Shown here: piece by piece, positions 29,104-39,529 of the stretch | Position numbering within the stretch: the stretch's first letter is position 1 | How the letters are laid out: the number at the start of each line of letters is the position of its first letter | Assembly (NCBI GenBank): GCA_037045155.1 | Contig: JBAOIG010000003.1 | Coordinates: 1,340,111-1,404,110, forward strand | DNA from: Thermomicrobiales bacterium | GTDB taxonomy: Bacteria > Chloroflexota > Chloroflexia > Thermomicrobiales > CFX8 | Direction of reading: 5' to 3' | DNA: 64,000 nt | The notes under the pieces: generated by a model | Database searches by the model: none | Seen by the model: only the letters and a program-made list of their open reading frames with translations | What the model was told of the DNA's origin: nothing | Translations under genes and position numbers: made by a program

Positions 29104-30045
29104 CTACCCTCGATCCAGCGCCTCCAGCACCGGAACAAAGCGCTCGACACCCTCGATGTTCAGCGGTTCGGTGTAGACCTGCACGTGCGAGACGCCGAGA
29201 TCTGCGTATCGACGCAGCGCGTCGGCAATCTGCTCCGGCTCGCCGCTGATCGGCGGGACGCCGGTCGGATTGACCGACGACGCGCTGCCGGCCGACCCGG
29301 TGAAATCGACGTAGACGGTCGCCGAGCGGGCCAGCGTGGCTGGGTCGCGGCCGGCTGCCTCGCAGGCCGCGTCGACTCGCTCCAGCAGCGGGAGCATCCC
29401 CTCCGGCGTATTGCCAGTGCGCGAGAAGTAGACGTTCCAGCTATCGGCGTAGCGGGCGGTCAGCCCCAGCATCCGCTCGCCTGTCGTGCCCATCATGATC
29501 GGCGGGCCGTGCTTGCGCGGGCCGCGTGGGTGCAGGGCGCAGTCTCGTGCCTGATAGTAGCGTCCCTCGAAATCGACCTTACCGTCGTGCAACAACCCGT
29601 GGATGATCTGCAGCGCCTCCTCGAAGCGCGACACGCGGTGGTCGAAGGGGTAGCCGAACGCGCGATACTCCGGCTCGTGCCAGCCAGCGCCGAGCCCGAG
29701 GATCACGCGGCCACCGCTGATCTCGTCGATCGTGTCGGCGATCTTCGCCGTCAGCGCAGGGTTGCGGAACGACGTGCAGGTCACCAGCGTGCCGACCTCG
29801 ACGCGGCTGGTGATGGCGGCTAGCGCAGAGAGCATCGAGAACGACTCCCAGACACCTTCGGTCTTGCCGTCTGCCAGCCGGAAGAGCAGATGGTCCTGGA
29901 CCCAGACCGAATCGAAGCCGGCCGCCTCCGCGCGCAGCGCCACCGCCGCGATCTCGCGCCACGACGCCGTCGTTCCCGTCCGAGCATCCTCCGAATCCGG
30001 CAGCCCGAACCCGATCTTTAGCGGCCTGCGCCGTCCATCAACCAT
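29104..30045 (-). CDS. LLM-class (luciferase-like) flavin/F420-dependent oxidoreductase
   Basis: AEAAGFDSVWVQDHL and ILGLGAGWHEPEYRAFGYPFD are typical LLM blocks. Confidence 0.8.
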   Translation of the reverse strand: MVDGRRRPLKIGFGLPDSEDARTGTTASWREIAAVALRAEAAGFDSVWVQDHLLFRLADGKTEGVWESFSMLSALAAITSRVEVGTLVTCTSFRNPALTAKIADTIDEISGGRVILGLGAGWHEPEYRAFGYPFDHRVSRFEEALQIIHGLLHDGKVDFEGRYYQARDCALHPRGPRKHGPPIMMGTTGERMLGLTARYADSWNVYFSRTGNTPEGMLPLLERVDAACEAAGRDPATLARSATVYVDFTGSAGSASSVNPTGVPPISGEPEQIADALRRYADLGVSHVQVYTEPLNIEGVERFVPVLEALDRG

Positions 30046-30190
30046 CGTCCCTCCTCACAAGAACCCGCGACACACGCCGATCATCGCACGAATTGGCCTC
30101 CCGAGTTTGCCCCAGCGCAATGAATATGCCTGGTCGACGGCGCATGATGGCTGAGGAAGGCGGACCTGGAGGCAGGAAAGGAACAACGCC

Positions 30191-30433
30191 ATGTCTGCAA
30201 CGATCACGAGTCCCAACCCCGATCACTTCGAGATGTGCCTGGACACTGGCAACTGCCTGGTTGAGTACTACCTGACCCAGCCGGCCGCGACTCAGTGGGT
30301 GGCCGTTGGCCTGGCGAGGCCGGCCAACGACGGCTCCTGCTGCGACGCCCACCGCCGCATGGTCGCTGGCTCCGGCCCAACCGAGACTGATGCCATCCGC
30401 GCGATGCTCGGCCGGTGCGCGGGGCAGGGGTGA
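30191..30433 (+). CDS. hypothetical small protein
   Basis: 80-aa ORF in an otherwise empty gap. No motif recognised. Confidence 0.25.
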   Translation: MSATITSPNPDHFEMCLDTGNCLVEYYLTQPAATQWVAVGLARPANDGSCCDAHRRMVAGSGPTETDAIRAMLGRCAGQG

Positions 30434-30655
30434 CGGCAAGCGAGGCAGCCCGGGCAGACGCGAGCCGGTTATGTCAGCTATCGCGGGCAGGGCGTCCGCT
30501 CCAGAGGGTGGCAGACGCCGCCGGACTGGCAAACGAGCGCACGGATGCCACCGGTAACTGCGGCTCTCCTGGGTGAGCTGCCCGGCAAACGCGAAGCGCT
30601 GACGAATCGGCTCGCGCCTGCCCCGGCATGGGGCGGAGCTGGCAGGGATCTGTCT

Positions 30656-31933
30656 CTACGCGATGCCCTCGCGCACAGCACGTCCTGCCGTCGTCCCCCG
30701 ACCGGACCCCATGCAGACCAACGCCGCAGCCAGCGCAACGAGCGGGAGGCCCAACCCCAGCGCCGAATAATTGCCAACCGCCAGCAGCAGGCCGCCGGTC
30801 AGTGCGCCGACCGCGGTGCCAAAGCGGGTGATCGACGAGTTGAGCGCCATCGTTGTCCCCTGTGTGGTCGGCGTTTCGCCAGACATGATCGTCACCGCCG
30901 TCACCTCGGCGATTCCGCCAAAGAACGCCGCGCCCAGCAGCGTTGCCCATGTCAGCAGAATCGGTGGTTGGACAACGAAGACGACCGCGATCAACGCCCC
31001 CATCGCCAGAACCGTGACAAAGAACGTGCGCCGCGCCGGAATATGGCGCAGAGGCCCGCTGACCAGCAGGCTGCCAGTCATGAACCCAGGCCCAAGCGCC
31101 AGCCAGATCAGGCCGGCCTCCTGCAGCGATCGCCCCATCTGCTCGACCAGAAACGCGCCGATGTAGGTCAGCAATCCCGTCCAGGCAACGCCGCGGCAGA
31201 ACTGGGCGGCGTACACGAGCGCAACCGGTGGGTGCCGCAATAGCGGGACATAGGTCGCCAGCAGCGCGCGGAGCCGCAACGGCTCGTGGGCGGAGATGAC
31301 ATCGGCATCGAGCGTGGCAGCGGTGAACACCAGGCCGGCCACAGCAATGAACGCCAGCGCCACAAACGACCAGCGCCACGACGACTGGCTCGCGATGAAG
31401 GTCAGAATCGGGAAGCCAACGATGCTGGCGACCGAGGCCGAGGCGAACATTCTGCTGATCACCTGACGGCGGACATCGCCATGGTAGCGGATCCCCGCGA
31501 TCGCAAACGCCATCGGCGAGATCGTCGCCGCGCTGAGCCCGCTCAGCAGCTGGGCCGCGACGAGGAAGCCGAACGCGGGGGCCAGCGCAATTCCGACGTT
31601 GCACATCACCAGCGCGATCAGGCCAAGCAACAGCAAGCGGCGGTAGCCGAGCCACTCGGCCGACGGGCCGATCGCCAGCCCGACGATCCCGCCGACCAGC
31701 GAGGAGACCATCACCGCCTGGCCGAGCAGGGCTGTCGAGGTGTTGAGATCCCCGCCGATCGCTGGCAGGAACGGCGAGAGCGAGAGCGATGTGAGGACGC
31801 TGAGCGACGTTGCAAGGCAGAGAGTCAGAAAGACCGTCCGGTCCTCGCCGATGCTGACAACCCCCTCGCGCACGCGCCCGCCCCTCTCCCAACGTCTACC
31901 GCCCGGCGGATGATCGTTGGCGAGCGCTCGCAC
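30656..31933 (-). CDS. MFS transporter
   Basis: 425-aa ORF with about 12 hydrophobic segments. The start is uncertain. Confidence 0.75.
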   Translation of the reverse strand: MRALANDHPPGGRRWERGGRVREGVVSIGEDRTVFLTLCLATSLSVLTSLSLSPFLPAIGGDLNTSTALLGQAVMVSSLVGGIVGLAIGPSAEWLGYRRLLLLGLIALVMCNVGIALAPAFGFLVAAQLLSGLSAATISPMAFAIAGIRYHGDVRRQVISRMFASASVASIVGFPILTFIASQSSWRWSFVALAFIAVAGLVFTAATLDADVISAHEPLRLRALLATYVPLLRHPPVALVYAAQFCRGVAWTGLLTYIGAFLVEQMGRSLQEAGLIWLALGPGFMTGSLLVSGPLRHIPARRTFFVTVLAMGALIAVVFVVQPPILLTWATLLGAAFFGGIAEVTAVTIMSGETPTTQGTTMALNSSITRFGTAVGALTGGLLLAVGNYSALGLGLPLVALAAALVCMGSGRGTTAGRAVREGIA

Positions 31934-31963
31934 GTCAAGACACTCGGGGCTGCCTGTTCGCGC

Positions 31964-32119
31964 TTACGGCCGTCGCTCGCCCGTCAGCGTGCGGAGAACG
32001 AGCACCAGCACGACGACGACCAGCAATACCAGCAGCACGCGGCTCAGCAGACCAACAACCGCGCCAAGCAGCCAGATGGTCAAAACCACCGCAACAACGA
32101 TCAGGATGACCCGCGCCAT
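31964..32119 (-). CDS. small hydrophobic membrane protein (51 aa)
   Basis: MARVILIVVAVVLTIWLLGAVVGLLSRVLLVLLVVVVLVLVLR: two TM-like helices. Confidence 0.35.
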   Translation of the reverse strand: MARVILIVVAVVLTIWLLGAVVGLLSRVLLVLLVVVVLVLVLRTLTGERRP

Positions 32120-32361
32120 CGCCACCCCCGATTCACTCCGAGGAATAGCGTAGCACGAGACCCCCTCCTTCCCTGCGGGGGAGGGTGTCTCGGTGGCGCC
32201 GAACGTCGCGCCGGGGGTGGATCCTGCAGCGAAGCGTTGTCTTCGGTCGGCTGTGAACGCTGTGGGTGGGCAGCCTGCGCGCTCGGGGGAGGCTGGAGCC
32301 ATCCTTGCGTCTGCGCTAGGATAGGCGAAGATGTCAGCTTCAGTCGGGCGAGGGGGCGACG

Positions 32362-35108
32362 ATGGTGAAGAAGCCGGAGAAGTTGGTCAGCGCGTATCGG
32401 TATGACGAGACGCGGAAGAACAACCCGCCGATCGGGCTGGCCGGCTACGAGCCGGCCCTCCAGGAGCCGCAGACGCGGCAGTACGCCTACGACCCACACC
32501 TCTCGCCGCAGCTCATCTGGGCCGGCAAGCCGGGGCTGGAGAGCATCGAGGTCGCTGATGCAGCGGGCGTTGATGTCGAAACCGTCTCGCTCCACGTCCA
32601 CGAGCGCATCTCGACACAGGCGATCATCGACGCTGTTCGTCGCCCGGAGGTCAAGCAGCTCGGCCTGTTCTCCGATCCGCAACTGCCGCTCGGCGAAGCG
32701 GTGAAGTTCTATCAGCACGATGTCGATTGGGCGAACCGCCTCATTCTGGGCGACTCGCTCGTCGTCATGAACTCGCTGCTGGAACGCGAGGGCATGGCCG
32801 GCAAAGTCCAGATGATCTACATGGACCCGCCCTATGGCGTGAAGTACAGCAGCAACTTCCAGCCACGCATCAACCAGCGCGACGTCAGGGAGGACGACGC
32901 CTCCCTCTCGCGCGAGCCGGAGATGATCAAGGCATATCGCGATACCTGGACGCTCGGCATCCACTCCTACTTGACCTACATACGCGACCGCCTGCGGGTT
33001 GCCCGCGAACTCCTCACCGACTCAGGCAGCATCTTCGTCCAGATCTCCGATGAGAACGTGCATCGCGTGCGGGCGGTGCTGGACGAGGTGTTTGGTGCGG
33101 AGAATTTCTGCCGCCTCATATCCGTTTGCTAAGACAGCATCCACCGCGTCGAGCAATTCTGAGCGATGGCACGTTCGACTACCTGCTTTGGTACGCCAGA
33201 GACGATCACCGCAGTCAAGTACTTGTCAGTTATGGTTGCCGACAGGTGTTGGGCACCTTCAACGATGCTATAGTGCGACGTCGAAGTACCAGACGAGACG
33301 CTACGTACGTATAAGGTCAGAAGAGTATGCCAATCCCAACTCGCTTTCCTGAAGGAGCACGAGTGCTTCGGCGTGAGCTTCGTAGCTTCTCAGGACCCTG
33401 GTAATCCAGACGAACGTTACTACGTACTTACTGAAGGTGTCAAGATACGACTGCGGTGCCCATCGAGCGATTGGAAGACGACTAATCCAAAAGGATTAGA
33501 TAGGCTTCGCGGCTGCAGGACGACTTGGTAGGCCTTGGCATCCCAGCTCAACTACAAACGCTACCTTGATGACTTTCCTGCCACACCGATGACTAACGCT
33601 TGGACAGATACGGGAAGTGCAGGCTTTTCTAGTTCCGACCCGAAGGTCTACGTCGTACAGACCGCATACGTCCGTAATCGCCCGCTGCCTCCTCATGACC
33701 ACCGATCCTGGCGACCTCGTGCTCGATCCAACCTGCGGCAGCGGAACGACCGCCTACGTCGCGGAGCAGTGGGGGCGGCGCTGGATCACCATCGACACCA
33801 GCCGCGTGGCGCTGTCGTTGGCTCGACAACGATTGATGACAGCGAGCTTTCCCGTATTACCGGCTCGCGAACGCCGAAGACGGAGTGGATGGCGGGTTCA
33901 TCTACAAGACAGTTCCGCACATCATGCTCAAGTCGATCGCGCAGAACACGCGCATCGACCCTGTCGCTGAAAAGTACAAGGCGAAGATCGACGCACTTCT
34001 GGCGGGGGGGGCAAATCCTGAATCTGAAGATATCCGGCAACTCAGGCTGGCCCAGAAGCGCGAGATTGACGCGATCATCGCTGAGGACGCCGAACAGGAA
34101 ACGCTGTACGACCAGCCGGAGATTGACAACGACTTCGTGCGCGTGTCCGGCCCGTTCACTGTCGAAGCAATCCCACCGGCTGTGCTGTCGGTTCAGATGG
34201 AATCGCCGATCGGCGGCGCGCCCGAACCCGGCGACGACATCATCGCCAGCATCGAAAGCAACGCGCTCAGCGACGCCAACGACGACGGTGCGGTCATCGA
34301 CCGGCTCATCGACCTGCTGGGCCAAGACGGCATCACGTTCCCCAATAACAAGAAGTTGACCCTCGACGATCTCCGACCCGTCTCCGGCGGCGTCATCCAC
34401 GCCGAAGGCGAGGCCAGCGCCGACAGTGCGCTCGGACGCGTGGCCATCTCGTTTGGCCCGCAAAACGGCGCGGTTTCCGCCCGACAGGTGGAGGATGGGT
34501 TGTACGCCGCCCGCCGAGGTGGCTACGATGCAATTGTCTTTGCCGGCTTCGGCTTCCAGGCCGAGGCGCAGCAGGCGATCAGCGAAATGCGGCACCCGAA
34601 CCTCACCGCGCTGATGTCGCAGATCCGCCCGGACGTCATCATGACCGACGCGCGCGGCGAGAGCCTGCTCAAGACAACAGCCAATTCGCAACTCTTTGCC
34701 GTCTTCGGTGAGCCAGATGTCCGGCTGCATGCGGGCGAGGACGGGCTATACACGGTCGAGTTGCGTGGTGTCGATGTCTACAACCCACTCGACGGCACCG
34801 TCGCCTCGGCGCGCGCTGAGCAAGTCGCCGCCTGGTTCCTGGACACCGATTACGACGGACGCACGTTCGCGATCTGCCAGGCATCGTTCCCCAACTCGAA
34901 CGCGTGGGAGAAGCTGGAGCGTGCGCTAAAGGGCACGCTCGACGCTGATCGGTTTGAGCAACTGACGAGTACGACGTCGTTGTCATTCCTGCCGGGCGAA
35001 CACAAGCGCGTTGCCGCCAAGGTCATCGATCAGCGTGGCAACGAGGTCATGCGCGTGTTGCATCTCGATCAGCAAGCCGGCTACAGCGAACGCGAGGCCA
35101 CCCGATGA
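32362..35108 (+). pseudogene. mod: type III-like R-M adenine methyltransferase (Mod, beta-class N6/N4), disrupted many times in the central segment
   Basis: Motif IV IYMDPPYG in intact ORF 32362..33132. Motif [25 protein letters not shown] is in ORF 33617. The C-terminal 407 aa are intact in ORF 33885..35108. Between 33120 and 33900, recognisable blocks (FDYLLWYARD, LPEGARV, WKTTNPKGLDRL, YKRYLDDFP, VYVVQT) are scattered over all three frames. Confidence 0.8.
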
Positions 35109-38029
35109 GCCTTGCCGTCGACAAACCGATCCTGAACAATCCCTTTCGCGAGCCCAAGCGCTACTGGCTTTATGAGCAGGATACCGGCCTGCCGCGCGTC
35201 GCTCCGGGTCGGCGGCCTGCTGGCTACTACTACCGCGATCCATCGCGGGCGCGCGAGGCATCGGCCCAAATGTCGATGCTGGCCGACGAGACCTTCGTCC
35301 AGCTGGAGATCGTCAATGAGATTCGCGAGCGCGTCGGGCGCTGGCGCGAGCAAGGCTATCCAGGCGCGACGAGCATCACCAAACGGCTGCTAGAGCACTG
35401 GCAGCAGTCGGAGCGGGAGCGGCAGCTCTTCTTCTGCCAACGCGAGGCAGCCGAGACGATCGTCTGGCTGACAGAGACGGAGGCCGGCCGCCGGATGGCG
35501 AACCGGGTTCCGACCGACGTTCCCGCCGATCCGGACAGCGTCGAGCGCGGCTACGGCCCGCTCACTCGCTACTGCGCCAAGATGGCGACCGGCAGCGGCA
35601 AGACGGTCGTCATGGCGATGGTCATCGCCTGGTCGGTGCTGAACAAGGTCCACGGGTCGCGATCGAACCGGTACTCGGACGCTGTCCTCATTCTCTGCCC
35701 GAACCTTACAATCAAGGAGCGGCTCGGCGGCGCGCCACGCGACCTGACGCTGGATGGGCAGGAGCCGGAGCGCGCGCTCATCCCCGGCGCGCGGGGCAAC
35801 TACTACGAACGCTTCGACCTCGTCCCGGCCGGTCTGCTCGCCGACCTCGGCCAGGCGCGCATCCACATTACAAACTGGCACGCGCTGGCGATCGCCGACG
35901 ACAGCGGCCGGCGAGGTGTGGTCCAGCGCGGCCGCGAGAGCGACGCGGCGTTCTGCTCACGAGTCCTGCGCAACCTTGGCAGCCGCAACAACCTGCTGGT
36001 CATCAATGACGAGGCACACCACGCCTATCGTCCCAGGCCGCTCGACGAGGAGGACGACAAGCTCAGCGGGCTGTCGGCAGAGGACAAGAACGCCCTACGT
36101 CGTGACAAGGAGGAAGCCACCGTCTGGGTCTCCGGCATCGACCGGATCAAGAGCGTGCGCGGTATCAACTTCTGCCTCGATCTGTCGGCAACCCCGTTCT
36201 ACATCAAGGGCAGCGGCTACGAGGAGAGCACGCCGTTCCCGTGGGTCGTGTCCGACTTCGGCCTAGTGGACGCGATCGAGTCGGGGATCGTGAAGATCCC
36301 GCGCGTGCCGGTGGCCGACGACACCGGAGCACCTGAGCCGCGCTACTTCCGGCTCTGGAAATGGATCATGGACAACCTGCCAGCGGCAGAGCGCGGTACT
36401 GCTCGGCGCAAACCGAAGCCAGAAGCAGTCCTTCGCGAGGCAGAAGGCGCACTCCAGCAACTGGCCGGGCTCTGGGTCGCCAACGCCGATGCATGGGCGG
36501 GCAGCGGCTATGCAGTACCTCCGTGCATGATCGTCGTCTGCGACAACACCGACATCTCGAAGGTTGTCTACGAGTACATCGCGAACGACGGCAAGGGAGC
36601 GCTGGAGCGGCTGCGAAACGAACCCGGCGAGGAGAACACGCTGCGGATCGATTCGAAGCTGCTGGCCGACGCGGACTTTGCTGAAGGCTCATCCAATAAG
36701 GCCGTTGCCGCCGAGGAGTTGCGGCGTAAAGTCTCGACCGTTGGCAAGCTGGAAGAGCCCGGCGCGGATGTCCGCTGCGTCGTCTCAGTCGGCATGCTGA
36801 CCGAAGGGTGGGACGCGAACAACGTCACTCAGATACTCGGGCTACGGGCGTTCGACTCGCAGCTCCTGTGCGAGCAGGTCGTCGGACGCGGATTGCGGCG
36901 GTCCTCGTACGACTTCGACCTCGACGAAGACGGCGTCCCGATGAACGAGGAATACGTTGATGTCTATGGCATCCCGTTCGAAGTCATCCCAATTAAGAAG
37001 CGCGCGGCAGGCCCGCCGCCAGCGCCGAAGCCGTCCACGTTGATTCAGGCGCTCAAGGAGCGCGAGCACCTCAAGATCGAGTTCCCTCGCGTCGACGGGT
37101 TCGTATTTGCGGCCACCGACAAGATCGCCGTGAATCTGGCCGACGTCGAGCCGATCAGCGTTACCCCCTCGGTCGAGCCGACCACTGTCATCGCCCGAGC
37201 GAGAGTGGGCTACGAAACAGGCGGCACTGCGCTGCACGGGGTCGGCGAGCCGGTGACGCAGACACGCCAGGAGTTCTACGAATCCGTCCGACTCCAGGAG
37301 ATCGAATACGAGATCGCGCGTCTCGTCACCGAACAGATGGTTACTCGCGACGAGTTCCGATTCCGCGCTCGTCACCTGCTCTTTCCTCAGGTGCTCGCGA
37401 TCGTCCGTACCTATGTCCGCCGGAGCGTGCGCTTCAACGGGGCCGACCAGCGCGAGATTGGCCTACTCACCTACGTCGAGGCGATCGTTAGCCGTCTCGG
37501 CACGGCGATCCGTCCTGTCAGCGACGACGGCTCAGCGAAGTTGCTGCCACGCATCGAACGCTTCCGGCCGACTGGCTCGACCGACGAGGTCTCCTTCCGC
37601 ACCGGCAGGGACGTGCGCGGGACGATCAAGAGCCATATCAGCCACGTCGTCCTCGATACGACGACCTGGGAGGCGTCCGTCGCGTTCCAACTAGAGACGT
37701 CGTCGCTCGTGCGAACCTATGCCCGAAACGACCACCTCGACCTGACCATCCCTTACGACTTCGCGGGCGCCCAGCATCACTTTCTGCCCGACTTCGTCGT
37801 CACGCTCGACAACGGGGCGCACCTGCTTCTCGAAGTCAAGGGATATGAGGACGAGCAAGACCGGCAGAAGTACGAAGCGGCCAAGCGCTGGTGTGACGCC
37901 GTTAACAATCTGGGCAGTAAGGGTCTTTGGGTCTTTCGACCTTGCCGAACCACCACCGAGGTTCCGACGATACTCATGGAAGTCGTGAACCTGTCATCGC
38001 CTTCCATCCCCGTGCGCCAGACGTCGTAA
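35105..38029 (+). CDS. res: type III-like restriction endonuclease Res subunit (SF2 helicase + PD-(D/E)xK nuclease)
   Basis: Walker A MATGSGKTVVMAM, DEAH box LVINDEAHHAY, a motif VI-like QVVGRGLRR, and C-terminal PDFVV...LLLEVKG. Its ATG overlaps the Mod stop (ATGA). Confidence 0.85.
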   Translation: MSLAVDKPILNNPFREPKRYWLYEQDTGLPRVAPGRRPAGYYYRDPSRAREASAQMSMLADETFVQLEIVNEIRERVGRWREQGYPGATSITKRLLEHWQQSERERQLFFCQREAAETIVWLTETEAGRRMANRVPTDVPADPDSVERGYGPLTRYCAKMATGSGKTVVMAMVIAWSVLNKVHGSRSNRYSDAVLILCPNLTIKERLGGAPRDLTLDGQEPERALIPGARGNYYERFDLVPAGLLADLGQARIHITNWHALAIADDSGRRGVVQRGRESDAAFCSRVLRNLGSRNNLLVINDEAHHAYRPRPLDEEDDKLSGLSAEDKNALRRDKEEATVWVSGIDRIKSVRGINFCLDLSATPFYIKGSGYEESTPFPWVVSDFGLVDAIESGIVKIPRVPVADDTGAPEPRYFRLWKWIMDNLPAAERGTARRKPKPEAVLREAEGALQQLAGLWVANADAWAGSGYAVPPCMIVVCDNTDISKVVYEYIANDGKGALERLRNEPGEENTLRIDSKLLADADFAEGSSNKAVAAEELRRKVSTVGKLEEPGADVRCVVSVGMLTEGWDANNVTQILGLRAFDSQLLCEQVVGRGLRRSSYDFDLDEDGVPMNEEYVDVYGIPFEVIPIKKRAAGPPPAPKPSTLIQALKEREHLKIEFPRVDGFVFAATDKIAVNLADVEPISVTPSVEPTTVIARARVGYETGGTALHGVGEPVTQTRQEFYESVRLQEIEYEIARLVTEQMVTRDEFRFRARHLLFPQVLAIVRTYVRRSVRFNGADQREIGLLTYVEAIVSRLGTAIRPVSDDGSAKLLPRIERFRPTGSTDEVSFRTGRDVRGTIKSHISHVVLDTTTWEASVAFQLETSSLVRTYARNDHLDLTIPYDFAGAQHHFLPDFVVTLDNGAHLLLEVKGYEDEQDRQKYEAAKRWCDAVNNLGSKGLWVFRPCRTTTEVPTILMEVVNLSSPSIPVRQTS

Positions 38030-38455
38030 CTCGTTTTCCGTCAACCTGACCCTGCGTCTCGTCCGGTTCGGCACGATCCATGCTCAGCGCCGCCGATTCG
38101 GTGCGTATCGGGGTGGCCGGCCGCCGATTTGGATGATCGGCAGATCGGCCAATTCAGGCCAGCCATAGACCCGTCTGGAATCGGTGGCGTACAATCGGTG
38201 GGGAGATGGCGGAGCGCCGTTGCGCAGCCGACATCCTGGCTGGGATCGGGGGAGTGACACGCGAAACCAGCCATGTCTGGCGCTATTGTTACGCGATTCA
38301 CAAGGTCGCGAGGCGAGCGCCGCGGAGGTATCGGAAGGCTGGACGGGTTGCCGCGATCATCGCCCAACAAGCAGGGCACAACGGCCAGATCCGCGCCGGC
38401 CAATGCGGACACGACAACAGGAACCAACCGGGCGAACCGGGTGAAAGGACGTGGC

Positions 38456-39472
38456 ATGGCTAGCAAGGCTGAGCCGGCCGTACGGGCTGGCGACGTGGCC
38501 CTCGGCTCGATGAGCAAGGACGAGCTACTCGAGCTCTACCGCCAGATGGTCCTCATCCGCAGGTTCGAGGAACACTCGGCCGAACAGTACGCCTTCGCCA
38601 AGATCGGCGGGTTCCTCCACCTCTATATCGGAGAGGAAGCTGTCGCCGTCGGCGCGATCCACGCCATGCGCCAGCAGGATCACCTCATCACCCACTATCG
38701 CGACCACGGCTACGCCCTGGCGATCGGGTCCGACCCGAACGCCGTTATGGCGGAGCTGTTCGGCCGCTCGACTGGCACGACCGGCGGACGCGGCGGCTCG
38801 ATGCACCTGATCCACCCCGAGCGAAACTTCTGGGGCGGCTATGCGATCGTCTCTGGCCATATTCTGATCGGCGCGGGCATCGGACTGGCGCTCCAGTACC
38901 AGGAGATCGACGGGATCGCCGTGGTCATCTTCGGCGATGGGGCAACCAACGGCGGCGCGTTCTTCGAGGCGCTCAACATGGCCTCACTCTGGAAGCTGCC
39001 AGTTGTCTTCCTCTGCGAGAACAACCTCTATGCGATGGGCACCGCCAGCGAATATCACTCGGCCGTCCCGCAGATGGCCACCAAGGCTGCCGGGCTGGGG
39101 ATCACGTCCGAGATCATCGACGGACAGGATGTCCTGGCGATGTACGAAGCCACCCAGCGCGCGCGGGAATACTGCACGGCCGGCAACGGTCCCTACTTTA
39201 TCGAGGCGATGACGTATCGCTTCCGCGGCCACTCGCTCGCCGACCCGGAGACATATCGGGACAAGGACGAGATCGAGGAGCACCGCGCCGATGACCCGAT
39301 CTCGCTGTACCGCGAGCGCCTGTTGCAGGCCGACAAGGCCGCGCAGGCCGACTTCGACAGCATCGACGCGGCGATCGAGCTGGTTGTCGACGAGGCGGTC
39401 GAGTTTGCCGACAAGAGCCCCTGGCCGGATCCATCGACCCTGCGGGACTTTGTCTACGCGGACGAGTACTAG
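38456..39472 (+). CDS. pdhA: pyruvate/2-oxoacid dehydrogenase E1 alpha subunit (TPP-dependent)
   Basis: LYRQMVLIRRFEE, HLYIGEEAVAVG, GDGATNGGAFFEALNMA and YRFRGHS blocks. Confidence 0.9.
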   Translation: MASKAEPAVRAGDVALGSMSKDELLELYRQMVLIRRFEEHSAEQYAFAKIGGFLHLYIGEEAVAVGAIHAMRQQDHLITHYRDHGYALAIGSDPNAVMAELFGRSTGTTGGRGGSMHLIHPERNFWGGYAIVSGHILIGAGIGLALQYQEIDGIAVVIFGDGATNGGAFFEALNMASLWKLPVVFLCENNLYAMGTASEYHSAVPQMATKAAGLGITSEIIDGQDVLAMYEATQRAREYCTAGNGPYFIEAMTYRFRGHSLADPETYRDKDEIEEHRADDPISLYRERLLQADKAAQADFDSIDAAIELVVDEAVEFADKSPWPDPSTLRDFVYADEY

Positions 39473-39529
39473 CGCGGCCGGCCGTCGCTGGCTTCGACCT
39501 TTGAGCGATCGAAACGGAGTAGGAACACC

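Noticed and set aside
30474-31892. 472-aa minus-strand ORF overlapping the MFS transporter gene in another frame
   Set aside because: The co-located 425-aa frame (30656-31933) has clear transmembrane periodicity. The 472-aa frame is Arg/Gly/Pro-rich with no motif.
38030-38455. Riboswitch, tRNA or small RNA in the 425-nt spacer between res and pdhA
   Set aside because: I found no cloverleaf and no recognisable TPP, glycine or other riboswitch core by eye. The ORFs there (38184, 38206) are Arg/Gly-rich. It is left unannotated; a covariance-model scan (Infernal/Rfam) would be decisive.
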